Below, piece by piece: positions 1 through 14,500 of a stretch of 64,000 nucleotides of DNA; position 1 is the stretch's first letter, and the number at the start of each line of letters is the position of its first letter. Source of the DNA: Chiloscyllium plagiosum (lineage: Eukaryota); contig NC_057718.1 in assembly GCF_004010195.1 (NCBI RefSeq), positions 78,480,935 through 78,544,934 on the forward strand, read 5' to 3'. Both the position numbers and the translations under genes were made by a program. A model generated the notes under the pieces. The model saw only the letters and a list, made by a program, of their open reading frames with translations, did not search any database and was not told the DNA's origin.

Positions 1-84
1 AAGAAACTTTGAGACAATATCAAACCCTTAGAAAAATTATGGATTATTAAATGATCATCAGCTTATAAGACCAGACAACCCAGG

Positions 85-860
85 AACAGAAGTAGGCCAT
101 TCAACCCATCTGGTTTACTTTGCCATTCAGTGAAGTCATGTCTGATCTGATAATCCTCAGCTCCACTTTCCTGCTTTTTCCCTATAACCCTTGATTCCTT
201 TTCTGATTAAAATTCTGTCTGTTTCAGCCTCAGACATGCTTCATGGCAGAACCTTGACAGCCTCTGTTAAAAAGAATTCCATAGTTTCACAATCCTCTGC
301 GAGAAGGAATTCCTGGCCCTCCGTGTCTCAAATCTATAACCACATTTTCTGACATTATGTCCTTGGACCTAGGTTCTTCCACAAATGGAAGCAACCTTTC
401 CACATCTACCTTGTCAAATTCTCTGAGAATCTTGTGCATTCCAATGAGGGTACCTGTCAATGGTCTAACTAAGGCTCAAGCTATTCAACCTCTTCTCATA
501 GGACAGTTGTTTTTTTGTGATGCACAGATTAGGACTTACAAATCCTTCTATTGTGTAGCTTTCTGAAATCTTTCTCCATTTAAATAATATTCAGCTCCTC
601 TATTCTTCCTGCCAAAATGCATAATCTCACATTTCCTCCCATTATATTCCATCTGCCAAGTTTTCACCCATTCACTTGTCTCCAGCTCTCTGTAGAAACT
701 GTGTCATCTTTACCACTTCCTTTCCCAATTGCTTTGGTCTCAATGGCAAACTTTACTATAGTATCTTCACTTTGCACGTACAACTCCTTAACAAATTGTG
801 GGCCAGCACTAATCCCTGTGGCATACCACTAGTTATAAGTTGTCAGCCTGACTATGTTCC
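85..860 (-). mobile_element. Old CR1 LINE 3' fragment
   Basis: Reverse complement of a CR1 3'UTR (aagtaggccattcaaccc...) plus decayed RT C-terminal sequence similar to 3148-4420. Confidence 0.7.
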
Positions 861-2438
861 TCCCCTTATCCTAAATCTCTGATTTGTTAAAGGCAAATGT
901 TATTTGATGAACTTGATTTGTTTTTTGCTGATCTATTGGTGGGATAGGATGGGGGCAACATGGTTGATGCATCCTGTTCCTTAGGTCAAAATCCTGGAAC
1001 TCCCTCCCTAACATCATTGAGAGTGTATCTATACCACATGGATTGTAGGAATTCAAGGAGGTGACACATCACAAGCTGCTCAAGGGCAAGAGTTTGGTCT
1101 TAAATTGTAATCCTTCCTTGCCTTGAGCTCTTGATATTTAGTTTGTTTGGTAAGGTATGATGATGAGTATTAATGAGTCAAGTTACACCATCAACAAGAT
1201 GATTAACAGCAATAACCCTCTTAATTGGCAAATTGCTGCTACCTAGTGAGAAACGTGCCACGTTTCTTGTGAAAAACGTAGGTGTCGGAGTCTGTTGCTC
1301 CTGATATAGAGATAGACCTCACCACTCTTCTTGTCTGATTTGGCCACATATCTTGCCACAGCCTACGCCACTTAGACTCCTATATGATTCTGGCCTAAGT
1401 TTCCGGGCCATGATTCTTAGCTTCATTATAAGTACGAAATCAAGGAAGTTATTCTAAACCTGTAAAGAATGCTGGTTAAGCCTCAGCTAAGACATTAGAG
1501 CAAATTTTAAACCCCTAAAACTGATGGTTTGATTGGTCAATTTGCAGGACTTAGGATATGGGATAAATTGGCAACTTGTTCCCAGGAGGCAGCTTGACCA
1601 TTTAAATATTATAACAAGGCTGGGACACCTCCCATTCCACTTCTTTTATCAGTCTATTATTGGCAGGTCAAGCCTTAGGGAACAAGCAACTAAAGTATAG
1701 GTAAGCATAACCGGTGGGAAGCAGTGAGAGTCCTTATAGCATTGCAGTGTAGTTGCACTCTAGCAATCACATCCACCAGAAACTGCTTCCATGGAATTGA
1801 ACTCTATTCCTCACTGATAGGTAATAGAATAACAGACCCTGTATCCCGCCCTGTCCAGCCCGACATTACATCCTCACAATACTTAGACTAGCAGCTGCAG
1901 GCACCTTACCTGGAACTGCGGTCTTCTCCAAACTGTTATCTATTCAACTAGAAGCAAATCCTGTAAACCAGGTTGACTTCTGGACTGGAATCACATCAGA
2001 AACATTTCTGTTATAATAAAATTCTACAGCGTAGGGAAAACCTAGACTCCCTCCAAAAACTATCTCCCATCCAGAAAAACTGCATTAGTCAATACTGGGT
2101 ACTACCCTTTTAGATAGCTCACCAAGTGCAGCAGAAGAAAATAGTGTTAAAGGAATGAGGGACCTCAGTTACATGGCGATCCCAGAGAAAACAGAATTTC
2201 TCTTTACAGTAGAGAAGTTTTCCTCCATAGAGGAAAATCGGGGCATAGGGTTAATCAGATAACACTACCAAAGGACTGTCACAAACAGCATTGACTTCAT
2301 GGCCTCCTTTTGTGTTATATAATCATTTGATTCCAAGTTGTTCGGCTTTTAATGCAATGAATAGCTATACCTGAAATCTCTCAAACATGAAACTACTCAT
2401 GAATACCATTTCTTGTTCTAATTCTACAAATTGTACAG

Positions 2439-2542
2439 TTTGAACTGGTATGTGCTGATTCCTGGAAACTGGATCTGTCTCAAGCATGTTTAAACCTGGG
2501 ATTTACGCTTGGAACAGTAATCATGGGTTATGGAGCAGACAG
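2439..2542 (+). CDS. SLC22 exon 2
   Basis: tacag|TTT...GACAG|gtatg; [34 protein letters not shown](R); 104 nt. Confidence 0.95.
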
Positions 2543-5500
2543 GTATGCATACTGTCATCAACCAATCAAAACTTTGCAGTGTAATGCCGATTTTCTTATA
2601 TTATTTAATCATACAATTAATTTACTTGTAGGTTTGGCAGAAAATCGAGCTTCCTGTTTGCAACATTTGTAACTTCAGCTCTGGGACTTGTAGTACCATT
2701 CTTACCGAATTACACTTGGTTTTTGATTTTCCGTACGTTGCAAGGCTTGTTCAGCAAAGGAAGTTGGGTGTGCGCATATGTCTTCAGTAAGAATTATACT
2801 TTTACCCACATGTTAATAACACAGTCAATGTCTTTTACAATAATAGCTACTGCAGTGCTGAACTTGCCTTTAGCACATAATCTGCCAATTAAATTAGCTA
2901 ACATTGATGTTTACATAATTTCTGCCATATAAATCTTCAATATAGTATGCATCATTTTATGTATTATTGCACCATTAAGTTAATGTAGTTATTAACAACT
3001 ACATTCTTTGGCCAATATTTTTTCTGATGTGATGATATATATATTTACTAATATATTTCAGTAACTAAAAATGCGAAGTCCTCTTCAGTAATATCATTTA
3101 ATAAATTGTAACACTAGGAGGACATTTGTTTAGCTGTAGTTATGAGAGACCATAAATAGGAACAGGAATAGATCGTTTGGCCTCTTGAGTCTGTTTTGCC
3201 TTCCAATAGGATCGTGGCTGATCCAATATTCCTCATGTCCACTTTCTTGCCCTTTCCCTTAGGTTCTCAATCAGTAGAGGAACCATCTATTTCAGCCCTA
3301 AATATACACATGGACTCTACCCCATTGCTGTTTGTGGTAAGGAGTTCCAAAGATTAGCAATCTTCTGAGAGAAGAAATTCCTCCTTATCTCAGTTATAAA
3401 TTAGTGGAAATTTACTCTGAGACAATGCCGCCTGATCCAAATACTCCCATGAGGGGAAACATTCTCCCAGCATTTACCCTGTCAAGACCCTTAGGAATCC
3501 TGTATGTTTCAATGAAATCACCTTTCATTCTTCTAAGCTCAAGTGAGTAGAGCTACTACTTGTTTAGCTGTTGCTCATAAGACAACCCCACCATGCTAAA
3601 GGATCATCCTAGTGGACGCTCTCTGACTGCCTCCAATGAAATGATTTCTTGGCTTAAATAAGGGAACCAAAACTGCTCAAAGCATTCCAGATATGGTCTC
3701 ACCAGCACTTTGTGCGGTTGCAGTAAGACTTTCCTACTCTTATACTCCAACATTCTTGAGAAAAGAGCCAACATTTCACTAGCCTTCCTGATTACTGGTT
3801 GCACCTTTGTGCTTTGTGTTTCATGCACAAATGCCCTCAAGACCTTTTGTGTTGTAGCATTTTTCTCAATTAAATAATATTCTGTACTCAATTCTTCCAA
3901 ATTAAACAACTTTGCATTTTCACTTCATTTGGAAATGTTTTGCCCATTTTCTTTACCTCCCAATATTTCTCTATAAACTGATTGTACTTCTCTCACAACT
4001 TACCTTTCCACCTAATTTTGAGTCATCTGCAAATTTGCTAATAACACATTCACTTCCTTCTTCCAAATCATAGAATCATAGACATGACTGAAACAGACCC
4101 TTCAAGTCCAATTCATCCATGCTGACCAAATCATTTATGAAAAGCAGTGGACCCAACACCAATCTTTGCAGGTCACAGGCCTCCAGTCTGTAAAGCAGCC
4201 CTCCACCACCACCCTCTAACTTCTCCCTTCAAGCCAGTTCTGTATCTAAATGACTAGTTCTCCCTGTATTCCATGTGATCTAACCTCAGTAATATGTATT
4301 GTAAACAGTTGTGGTCCAAGTGCTGATCCCTATGGACCCACAGGTCGTAGGTCACCAACCTGAAAAAGAACCGTATGCCCCAAACGATGTTTCCTTCCCA
4401 CTGAACCAATTGTCACACCAGACTTATTTTAAAAATGGTAAAATCATGTTCACATTAAACTAACATTCTGGAAATGTAATGATAATTGCCAATACAAAAT
4501 AGATTCCAGTGTCTGGAATCAAAATACCATCTAAGTATCAGAAGACAGCATGCTTAAGCAAAGGCTGTAGAGTGTAATGGTTCTTGAGCAAAACCTGGAT
4601 GTTAGAGCACACTAAGTAACATCAGAGAAATAGTCAGATGTTTCAGGCACTCTCTTTGTGATAAAACTATGAGGTTGTGTTTCTCGTCCTTGCTCCTATC
4701 TAGACAGCTTTTCAATCAGAATATAGTTCCACAAATTAACATCTACATCGGTAAAATTGTTCAAAATGGCAGGTTTGGTATAGTTTTCTAACTTTCTGGA
4801 GTTTTTAGTCGGCAGAACAATGGAACCAGCTTGGTTTGGTTCCTTAGTGTAGGTAATAGAATATTAAATCATTGGTGCATTCTTTTTTTACCACAAAGCA
4901 TATCACTAATTTATGAGCTAACATTTTGTTTCAGTTACAGAGCTTGTTGGACTACAGTACAGAAGAACAGTGGGTATTCTATATCAAGTGTGTTTCAGCT
5001 CGGGGATGATGCTACTTGCAGCTGTTGCTTATTTTATACCAGACTGGAGAAATCTACAGCTGGCAACTACCATTCCAGGCTTTTTCTTCCTGACCTACTA
5101 CTGGTAACATCTGTAAAGATTACCATTATCTGAGTTGAGTAAAGGTATTTCAAGCTTAACAATAAACTAGATGTATTCCATTTGCAGGTTGATCCCAGAG
5201 TCTCCCAGGTGGATGCTGTCTCAAAAGAAGAATACTGAAGCTGTGAATGTCATACAGCAAATGGCAAAAAGGAACGGGAAAAGCTTTTCAAAGAAAATTG
5301 AGGTGATTAACCTAGAGTCATAGAACTGTACAGCACGAAAACAGACCCTTCTGTCCAGCTCGTCCATGCCGACCAGACATATTAAATTAATCTTGTCTCA
5401 TTATGCCAACATTTGGCCCATATCCCTCTAAACTCTTCGTATTCATATACCCATCCAGATACCATTTAAATGTTGTAATTGTAGTCTCCACCACTTCCTC

Positions 5501-8500
5501 AGGCACCTTGTTCCACAGACACACCACCCTCTGTGTGACAAAGCTGCCCTTTAGGTCCCCTATAAATCTTTTCTTTCTCACCTTAAACCTATGCTCTCTA
5601 GTTGTGGACTCTCCCACCCTGGGAAAAAGTCCTTGACTAATCACCCTATCCATGCTCCTCATGATTTTATAAATTTCTGTAAGATCTCCCCTCAGCCTCC
5701 GACACTCCAAGGAACATATCCCCAGTCTATTCAGCTTGTCCCTATAGCTCAAACCCTCCAATCCTGGCAACATTTTGAACCCTTTTGAGTTTTACAGCAT
5801 CCTACCTACAGCAGGGAGACCAGAATTGCCCATGATATTCTAAAAATGGCCTAACAAATGTCCTGTACAGCTCCCGACTCCTATACTCAATGCACTGACC
5901 AGTAAAGGCAACCATACGTGAATATCTTGCCACAATTTGTTTAACATATAATAGACTTTTTAAAGATTTGTTTAGCTGGGTGTGTGGTTGGAGAAACTCA
6001 GCTTTAGCGATTAGAAATCTTTTGAGTTTTTTATTTATTCGTTTGTGGGATCTGGGTGTTGCTGGCTGGCCAACATTTATTGCCCGTCCCAAGTTGCCCT
6101 TGAGAAGGTGGTGGTGAGCAGCAGGGTGACCTACAATGCCATTAGGAAGGGAATTCCAGGATTTTGACCAAGCGACAGTGAAGGAACGATGACGTATTTC
6201 CAAGTCAGAATAACAAGTGGCTTGGAGGGGAACTTGAAAGTGGTGGCATTCCCATGTATCTGCTGCCCTTGTCCTTCTAATCTTAGTCTAACCGGCACCA
6301 TCTCCTTGTTATGGCAGTGACTTGGAGCCAAAGAAGAATAATTATGGCTTCCAGGTTTTGTAATTAACCTGCTAATTTGAGCAAAAATCAAAAGAACAGC
6401 AGATGCTGTAAATCAGAAACAAAAACAGAAATTGCTGGAAAAACTCTGGAGATCTGGCAGCATCTGTGAAGACATATCAAAGTTAATGTTCAATGACCCT
6501 TCCTCGGAACACATGGCTCTGGAGCGGGTCCAGAGCAGTTCACAAGAATGAAAAGTTTAACATATGAGGAATGTTCGAGAACTCTGGGACTATACTTGAT
6601 GGAGTTTAGGAGTGGGGGGAATCTGATTGAAATTTTCAAAACTGACATGGAGATGTTTCCAGTGGCAGGAGAGATGAGGACCCAAGGGCACAGCCTTACA
6701 GTAAAGAAAAGACCCTTAAAAATGGAGATAAGGAGAAACCTCTTCAGTCAGAGAGTGGTGAATCTGTGAAATTCATTGCCACGGGAGGCTGTGGAGGCCA
6801 GGTCATTGAGTACCTTTAAAACATAGATAGATAGGTTTTTGATTACCAAGGAGATCAAAGATTACGGGGAGAACGCAGGAAAATGGGGTTGAAAAATCTT
6901 TGCAGTCATGATTGAATAGTGAAACAGACTCGATAGGCTGAATGGCCTAATTTCTGCTCCTTTGTCTTGTGGTCTTTTGATCCATTTTCCCAATTCCTCG
7001 GGCTCCATAGTATTTGTTCCGATGAGACCAACTTCAACAAGAGCCTCCAAAGCTTCCACCTTCTTCCTCAATCGAGGATTTCCCAGCATCATTGTCGACA
7101 AGGCTCTCAACCGGGTCCAACCCATCTCCCGCACTTTGGCTCTCACTCTCTTCCCTTTCGCACCAGCAATAGGGTTTCCTTTGTCCTTACCTTCCATCCT
7201 ACTAACATCCATATCCAGGAGATCATCAGCCATCATTTCCACCACCTCCAGTAAGATGCCACCACCAGACACATCTTCCATATTCCCCTTCCATCCTTAA
7301 TCTGCCTTTTGCAGGGACCTTCCCTCCAGGACATCTTGGTCCATTCTTCCTTCACTCCCAACAACACCCACAGCCTCACGGCACCTTCCTGTGCAACCAC
7401 CGAAGGTGTAACACAGGCCAGTTCACCACCTCCCTCCCCACAATCCAAGATCCCAAACATACCTACCAGGTGAAGCAACGCTTTACCTGCACTTCTCACA
7501 AGCTAGTCTATCCTGTATTCACTGCTCACAATGTGGTGTCCTCAACATTGGGGAAATGAAGCGTAAACTGGGTGAACACTTTACAGAACACTGAAATTCT
7601 GCCCACAAATAAAACCCTGCGCCTCCAATTGCTTGCCACTTTAACACACCACCCTGTTCCCTGGCCAATATCTCTGTCTCAGGCTTGCTGCAGTGTTCCA
7701 ACAAAGGTCAGCACAAACTGGAAGAAAAACACCTCTTTTTCCACTTGGCAACCTTGCAGCCCTCCGGACTCAAAATCAAGTTCAATAATTTTAGGGCCTG
7801 AACTCTCCCATGGCCTAGTCCCCTACCACACACACCAGGCCTTGTTATGACATAGTCTGTCATTATACACTACCTATTGTTAACCACTAACATTCTCCTT
7901 TAATAGCTATTCACTCTCCTCACCAGATTGTTATCCACTCCTTTGTCTTTCCAACTGTTCTTCTCTCTCCTTGGGCTCTATCCCCATCTATTGTTTACTT
8001 CCTACCCCCTCCTCCACCCTGTCTTCTGCAAAAAAATAATGTTTTCCTAGCTACCATTGGTTTTGATGATGTGTCACTGGACTCAAAATTTTAACTCTGG
8101 CTTCTCTTGACAGATGCTGCCAGACCTGCTCAGCTTTTCCAGTAACTTTGGTCTTTACTGCTAATTTGACTGTCTAGTCAAGTCTTCTTAGACCAGTCTA
8201 GTTCAGCTTTTGGATATCAGAGCATATGAAAGGTTTCACATGGAATGACCTCCAAAAGATAAATTTCCATTGAAGCTCCTCAACCCCAGTAAAATCCATT
8301 TTCCCATTGATCCCAAGGAGATGATTGTCAATTGTTGATAATTAGTTGTTTGGCAAGGGTAAATGTAAACATTTACCGTGTACATAGCAAGTATCAGAAG
8401 CTTCACATGAGATGCCTGGTAAGCAGCCTAATTCATGACAAAATGTGAGAGAGTGAATTAACATGGAGAAGACTGTAGTATTGACACTCACCAATTCTTC

Positions 8501-11500
8501 TGCTTCTTAAAAAAAGTCATTTCTTGTATGATTGAAAATTTCACCAGCAGTTTGAATGAGAAACCACTTCGGCTATACATTATTACAGAGAAACATCATT
8601 ATTCATCAGACATACATTGAAAATCTCTGGCACAAAGGAAGTAACTTGGCTCGTTGTTTCTTTGCCACTTATAAAAGAGCTATCCAGTCCAATCGCAGTT
8701 GCCAGCTGTTGGCCCATCATTCTGTAGCTTGTACCAATGCAAGTGCATCTGCAAGTACTTTGAAATGTGACAAAACTTTCTGCCACTACCAATCTTTTTA
8801 AGCAATGAGCTCAAGACTCTAATCACCCTCTAGGTGGAATTACTTTTCCTTTCCTTGATGGAACCAAAATGTTTTCAAAGTACGACACAATGTCTCTTGA
8901 GCACTTTGAAGGCTAATGGATTTGAAATTGTTAAAAGGCAAATTTTTAACACTGTTTTAGAGGTAACATCAACTGTTTTTAAAATTTGTGTTATATTGAC
9001 TAACAAATGCACTTTTGTCTTCTTGGGCCAGTATGAGAGTCTGGCATAGTCAGAACAGCCCCAGTCCATAAGACACAGGAGTGGAAATAAGGCCATTTGG
9101 CCCATCGGGTCCACTCCGCCATTCAATCATGGCTGATGGGCATTTCAACTCCACTTACCTGCATTCTCCCCGTAGCCCTTAATTCCTTGTGACATCAAGA
9201 ATTTATCGTCCCAGCCTCCACTGCACTCTGCGGCAATGAATTCCACAGGCCCACCACTCTCTGGCTGAAGAAATGTCTCCGCATTTCTGTTCTGAATTTA
9301 CCCCCTCTAATTCTAAGGCTGTGTCCACGGGTCCTAGTCTCCTCGCCTAACAGAAACAATTTCCTAGCGTCCACCCTCGCCAAGCCATGTACTATCTTGT
9401 AAGTTTCTATTAGATCTCCCCTTAATCTTCTAAACTCCAATGAATACAATCACAGGATCCTCAGCACAACGGTGCTTTTATATTCCAACCCTCTTGAGTC
9501 ACATTGCTTTCTGTTAGTTCGCTTTCATTCATTGAAGATTTGTATATTGAGGCATGACTTTCTTATTCCTATAGATAGTTGAAGAGCACAGTGAGGACTT
9601 TAATCGTCCTTCCTTTGTAGAGCTGGTACGGACTCCTCAGATGAGGAAACACACCTTTATCTTGACATTTAACTGGTGAGATTTTTTTTCTATAAATGTT
9701 TGATTTTAGGAGACTCCCTAGAGAAAATAAACTGTTTTATAAAATACATGCATTATATAGAAAACAGATTGAAGGACCAATATTAAGAAAATGAAAGTAT
9801 TTGACTAAAAAACCTTGTTCATTTAGCCTGTTCTCGCCACACCTAATTACATTATACCCATCATTGAAGCTTCACAGCTTATTTAAGCTGAATGTTTGAA
9901 TTGCAGTTTAGATATAAAAGCAGTCTTTTTTTTGTTAAAAGGGTTTTGTTAGAGTAGATAGGAATAAATTGCATCTGACATCAGATGTATCAGGGCAGAT
10001 TATAGGACAGATTTAACAGTAGAGGCCAAGAATGGTGGAAATAAAGAATATTTTTTATCCAGCAAGTTATGAGGCTCTGTGTTGACCAAAGTAAAATGAA
10101 TTAACTTTCTTAAACGGGTGAAATTTTCAGGGCTATAGGGAAAATGCAGAAGATTGGGAACCACGTGATAGCTCTTTGAGGTCTGGCACCAACATGATGT
10201 TTTACATGGCCTCCTCTCATACTGTAAAGTTCCATGTCTCTTCCAATATTTAACCTTAATTGCATAAATTATTCTAAAGAATGGAAAAATATGGACCCGC
10301 AGCAGATATGCAAAGCAGGGAGGATGATAAAAATGTTGGGCTTGTAGAAAATCAAGCAATGACATCATAGGAAAGTCACAAGTTGTTTTCGGAATTCTGT
10401 GCAAATGCTGACATTGAGAAAATATTTCTTTCAAACAATAAATAATTATAAGCGAAATAATTCTATAAGAGAATCTAACAGAATAGTAGTAAGATATGAG
10501 TGATTTAATTATTTACATCATCCTAAAGCAGTAAATGCATTGGATTCTAGGCTTTAAGTAGTACAGAAAGTGGTAGTTAAAAGAGAAATTCGTTATGTAA
10601 TAATTCATCACATAATTACTTAAGATTAATTAATGATGGCAGGGATGGCGATGTGCTATGACTACAGAAGCTCATGGGCACCAGTATGAAGGCTAGCACA
10701 TCAGAAATGAGCGTTTGCTGTTTGAGCAGCTAAGTTCAGAGTTAGAATTAAATCCTCACTGGCTTAGTGCCTGATTCTACTGTGCTGCATTGTGCAGAAG
10801 GCTCCTCCTGCTCAATGTTCTGATTTTTCTCCTTGGAAGACTGCTCCTGCTGTCTTAACCTATAATCTTCTATCACACCTCCTCTTTGCCTACTCCAGTT
10901 GGGCAGGGGACAACATGCTAGGATTATTTTGCACTCTTTGTCCAACTGTACCCCTCCTTCCTCAAGATCAATTGAAGTAGGCCACTATTGGAATATTGTG
11001 TGCAATTCTGGTCTCCTTCCTATCGGAAAGATGTTGTGAAACTTGAAAGGGTTCAGAAAAGATTTACAAGGATGTTGCAAGGGTTGGAGGATTTGAGCTA
11101 TAGGGAGAGGCTGAACAGGCTGGGGCTGTTTTCCCTGGAGCTAAGGGGTGACCTTATAGAGTTTTACAAAATGATGAGGGGCATGGATAGGGTAAATAGA
11201 CAAAATCTTTTCCCTTGGGTCAGGGAGTCCAGAACTAGAGGGCATAGGTTTAGGGTGAGAGGGGAAAGATATAAAAGAGACCTAAGGGGCAACTTTTTCA
11301 CACAAAAGATGGTATGTGTATGGAATGCCTGCCAGAGGAAGTGGTGGAGGCTGGTACAACTGCAACATTTAAGAGGCATTTGGATGGGTATATGAATAGG
11401 AAGGGTTTGGAGGGACATGGGCCGGCTGCTGGCAGGTGGGACTAGATTGGGTTGGGATATCTGGTCGGCATGGACGGGTTGGACTGAAGGGTCTGTTTCC

Positions 11501-14500
11501 TTCTGTACATCTCTATGACTATGACTCTACTAAACCCCATCTTCACCAAGCCCCTTCGAACTTCCCTTAGTGACCCTTGACCTTCTCTCAGCCATGGTCA
11601 CATTCCCTCTGATGCTTCTCAGCTTTCCCTCGCCTTTCCAAAATTCTGAACAGTGATGGTCAGTTCCACTTCGAGGTCCACTTTGATTACCTTCCACTTT
11701 GAGGTCTGACTCACCCACTTATCTCGAAACAGGTGGGAAAATGAAGGGCCATGGATCCCATGTGCCTCCCCAATTAATCGCATGTAACATTTAATTATTG
11801 GAAGTTGTGGTTTAATAACTCATCACTGCATTCAAAACCATTACAAATTAGCTCCCCATAATGCCATTGTTATTGCCATTGCACCTTTTTTTCCTGCTGC
11901 CAGGATAACTTAATGCTTCCATCCTGTTGATGGGGACTTGACATTCAGTCCCATGTTTTTGATGGATGACCCACCTCTTTCCCTGCTTCTGTGGATTTCT
12001 TCCTCAATGCTGCCCTGTGTCTGGCTTTGCCTCATCACATGTTGGAGTAGATTAATGTTCCAAAGGAAATCAGTCAGGATAGGCTTAAAAATCACAATTT
12101 GGGATCTAAAGACTGGGTATTATCAACAGGTTTGAGTGTTCACAGTAATCCTGTATCCCGAGCCACAACTAACATTACCTGGTACTTTAGCACATTGTAG
12201 TTCGCAAGAATTGTGGAGAAATCATCATAACTGTTGCTGTATTACACAAGTGCTTCATTGTCTGGAAGGAGATTTGGAACATCCTAAGGTCATGAAAGGC
12301 AGTATATAAATGTAAAACTTTCTTTCTTATTGAGAAGCTTTTGTTCTATTGAAAAAGTTTGAAGTGATGTGATTATTTATTTTTTAAAAATTAGATTAGA
12401 TTAGATTACATTAGATTAGATTAGATTACATTACAGTGTGGAAACAGGCCCTTCGGCCCAACAAGTCCACACCGACCCGCCGAAGCGCAACCCACCCATA
12501 CCCCTACATTTACCCCTTACCTAACACTACGGGCAATTTAGCGTGGCCAATTCACCTAACCTGCACATCTTTGGACTGTGGGAGGAAACCGGAGCACCCG
12601 GAAGAAACTCACACAGACACGGGGAGAACGTGCAAACTCCACACAGTCAGTCGCCTGAGACGGGAATTGAACCTGGGTCTCAGGCGCTGTGAGGCAGCAG
12701 TGCTAACCACTGTGCCACCATGCCGCACATGGTGGGAAAGGATGCTTTTTGGGCAGGTGGGTGATTTCAACTAGGTAGGAATGAATGAACGAGGAGGCAT
12801 CAGTGTAAATAAAAAAAAAAAAGAGATTAGCTGCCAGAGTCCTTACGCAGAGTCACTGACATCGAAATATAATGAAATAAATTTGGATTTATCACAGTCC
12901 TTCAAAGAGGAAACTGCATTTTCTGAGAGTCAAGATTATCTCTAGTTATCTAAGGAGATCAGGGACAGTTGTACTTTTGTGGATAGTACAGTGGGAAGTC
13001 CTTATGCCTACACTACTAGCTTCCAATTTTAATTCATCTGGCAGGTTTACCATGCACCCTGAAGTAGTAATTGCTGAAGGGTCTTGTATGGATGTAACTG
13101 CAGGAATAAATGGGGAAGACAGACTGTATTTTCTTCTTCATCATTAGCTTCAGGCTTTGGTGATGGTGTTATTTCTCGGAGAAGAGAATTATGTTTGTTC
13201 ATATGTAATCCTTTAGAGAATAGCACATCTTTTAGAAGTGACATATTTTCATATAATGAATACATTGTTCAAATAAATCTGGACAGTTAGGTTTTTGCTG
13301 ATGTGCTGCTTTGGTGCTACAGCTGTGATAAGATACTGTAGCATTGGATTGTTTTGGATCGTGCATTGAATGTGTCACATTTTGTATAGTTTTCAGATGA
13401 GAGGTTTGTGTCCTCTGGTTAAATGTTTTATTGTGTTTTATGTAGTTAACATTTTGGATTAAATGTACCTTTACTGTATAATGCTTATTGAACAATTCCC
13501 TAGACTCTGTATTCACTTCCATTTGGACTGTTTGTTCTATAAATAGATCCTCTTTTGTTTGAAGAAGTTTAATAATTGCTTTTTCTGAGACCAATTAGTA
13601 TTCTGTTGCAAATAATCTCTTATTGTACATTTCTATAGGTTAATAGTTCAGATAGTAGTTGCATCATTAATGAAACCATTTACAAATTTACCAGAGAGCT
13701 AGTATCTGCTATTGAAGCATGATTTTGCCATTGTCTTATTTGTTCTTGATTTGGATAATGATTGATAGGATTTTGGTCGCTTGGTATGACACTCATTTTG
13801 TTATCGAGTAGTTTCAATTGTTTAAAGTTGTTTAATTTATGTTGTAAGGATGCTTATTGTTATCATGTTAAAATGGAAATCTTTTGAAGATTATGTTGCT
13901 TTAAATGGTGCTTCATGTAAAGTTTGCTTTTCCTTTCCAGTATGATGTCTTTATAGAGATGAATAAAATATTTCTTTCCAAATTGCTGAAGGATTTCCAA
14001 AAGATCTGTGGGTAGAAATTCCGTCTCTCAAAAAAAAAGCTTCAGTCAATAAGATTTAATGAACTCCTGACAGTCTCAAAGATGGCTGCCATTGATAATG
14101 TTTGTGCAAATCTTTCCCCATCTGAGGTATTTTCATGCTGAACTTGATACAATGCGAACAGATCCACACTTCTTTGCTTTGTCTCCAATGCCATTTTTCT
14201 AACAATTAAACTTAACAATGCTTCTTAGCTACTGAATAATATTTGTGTTACTCACCCAAATTGTTGAAATATTAATGGATTTAACTAATAAACCTTTAGG
14301 TCTCTGAAACTTCTGATTCTAGGAAAAAGTACTAATACAGTTTTTTTCCCCCAATCAATGTCTCTTCAACCTGTCTCTGAATAATTTTCTTAACTTGTTC
14401 ACTGTCAAATCTGCCATTGAGGAAATAATCTAAAAGCTGCTAAACACTGACAGGTATGTTAATTCTTCCTCTCAGCCCAATTTTTCAGGGTTTTTTTAAT

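Noticed and set aside
1..2438. SLC22 exon 1 or promoter
   Set aside because: No TM1 or large extracellular loop coding sequence found; the region is intron-like with LINE debris.
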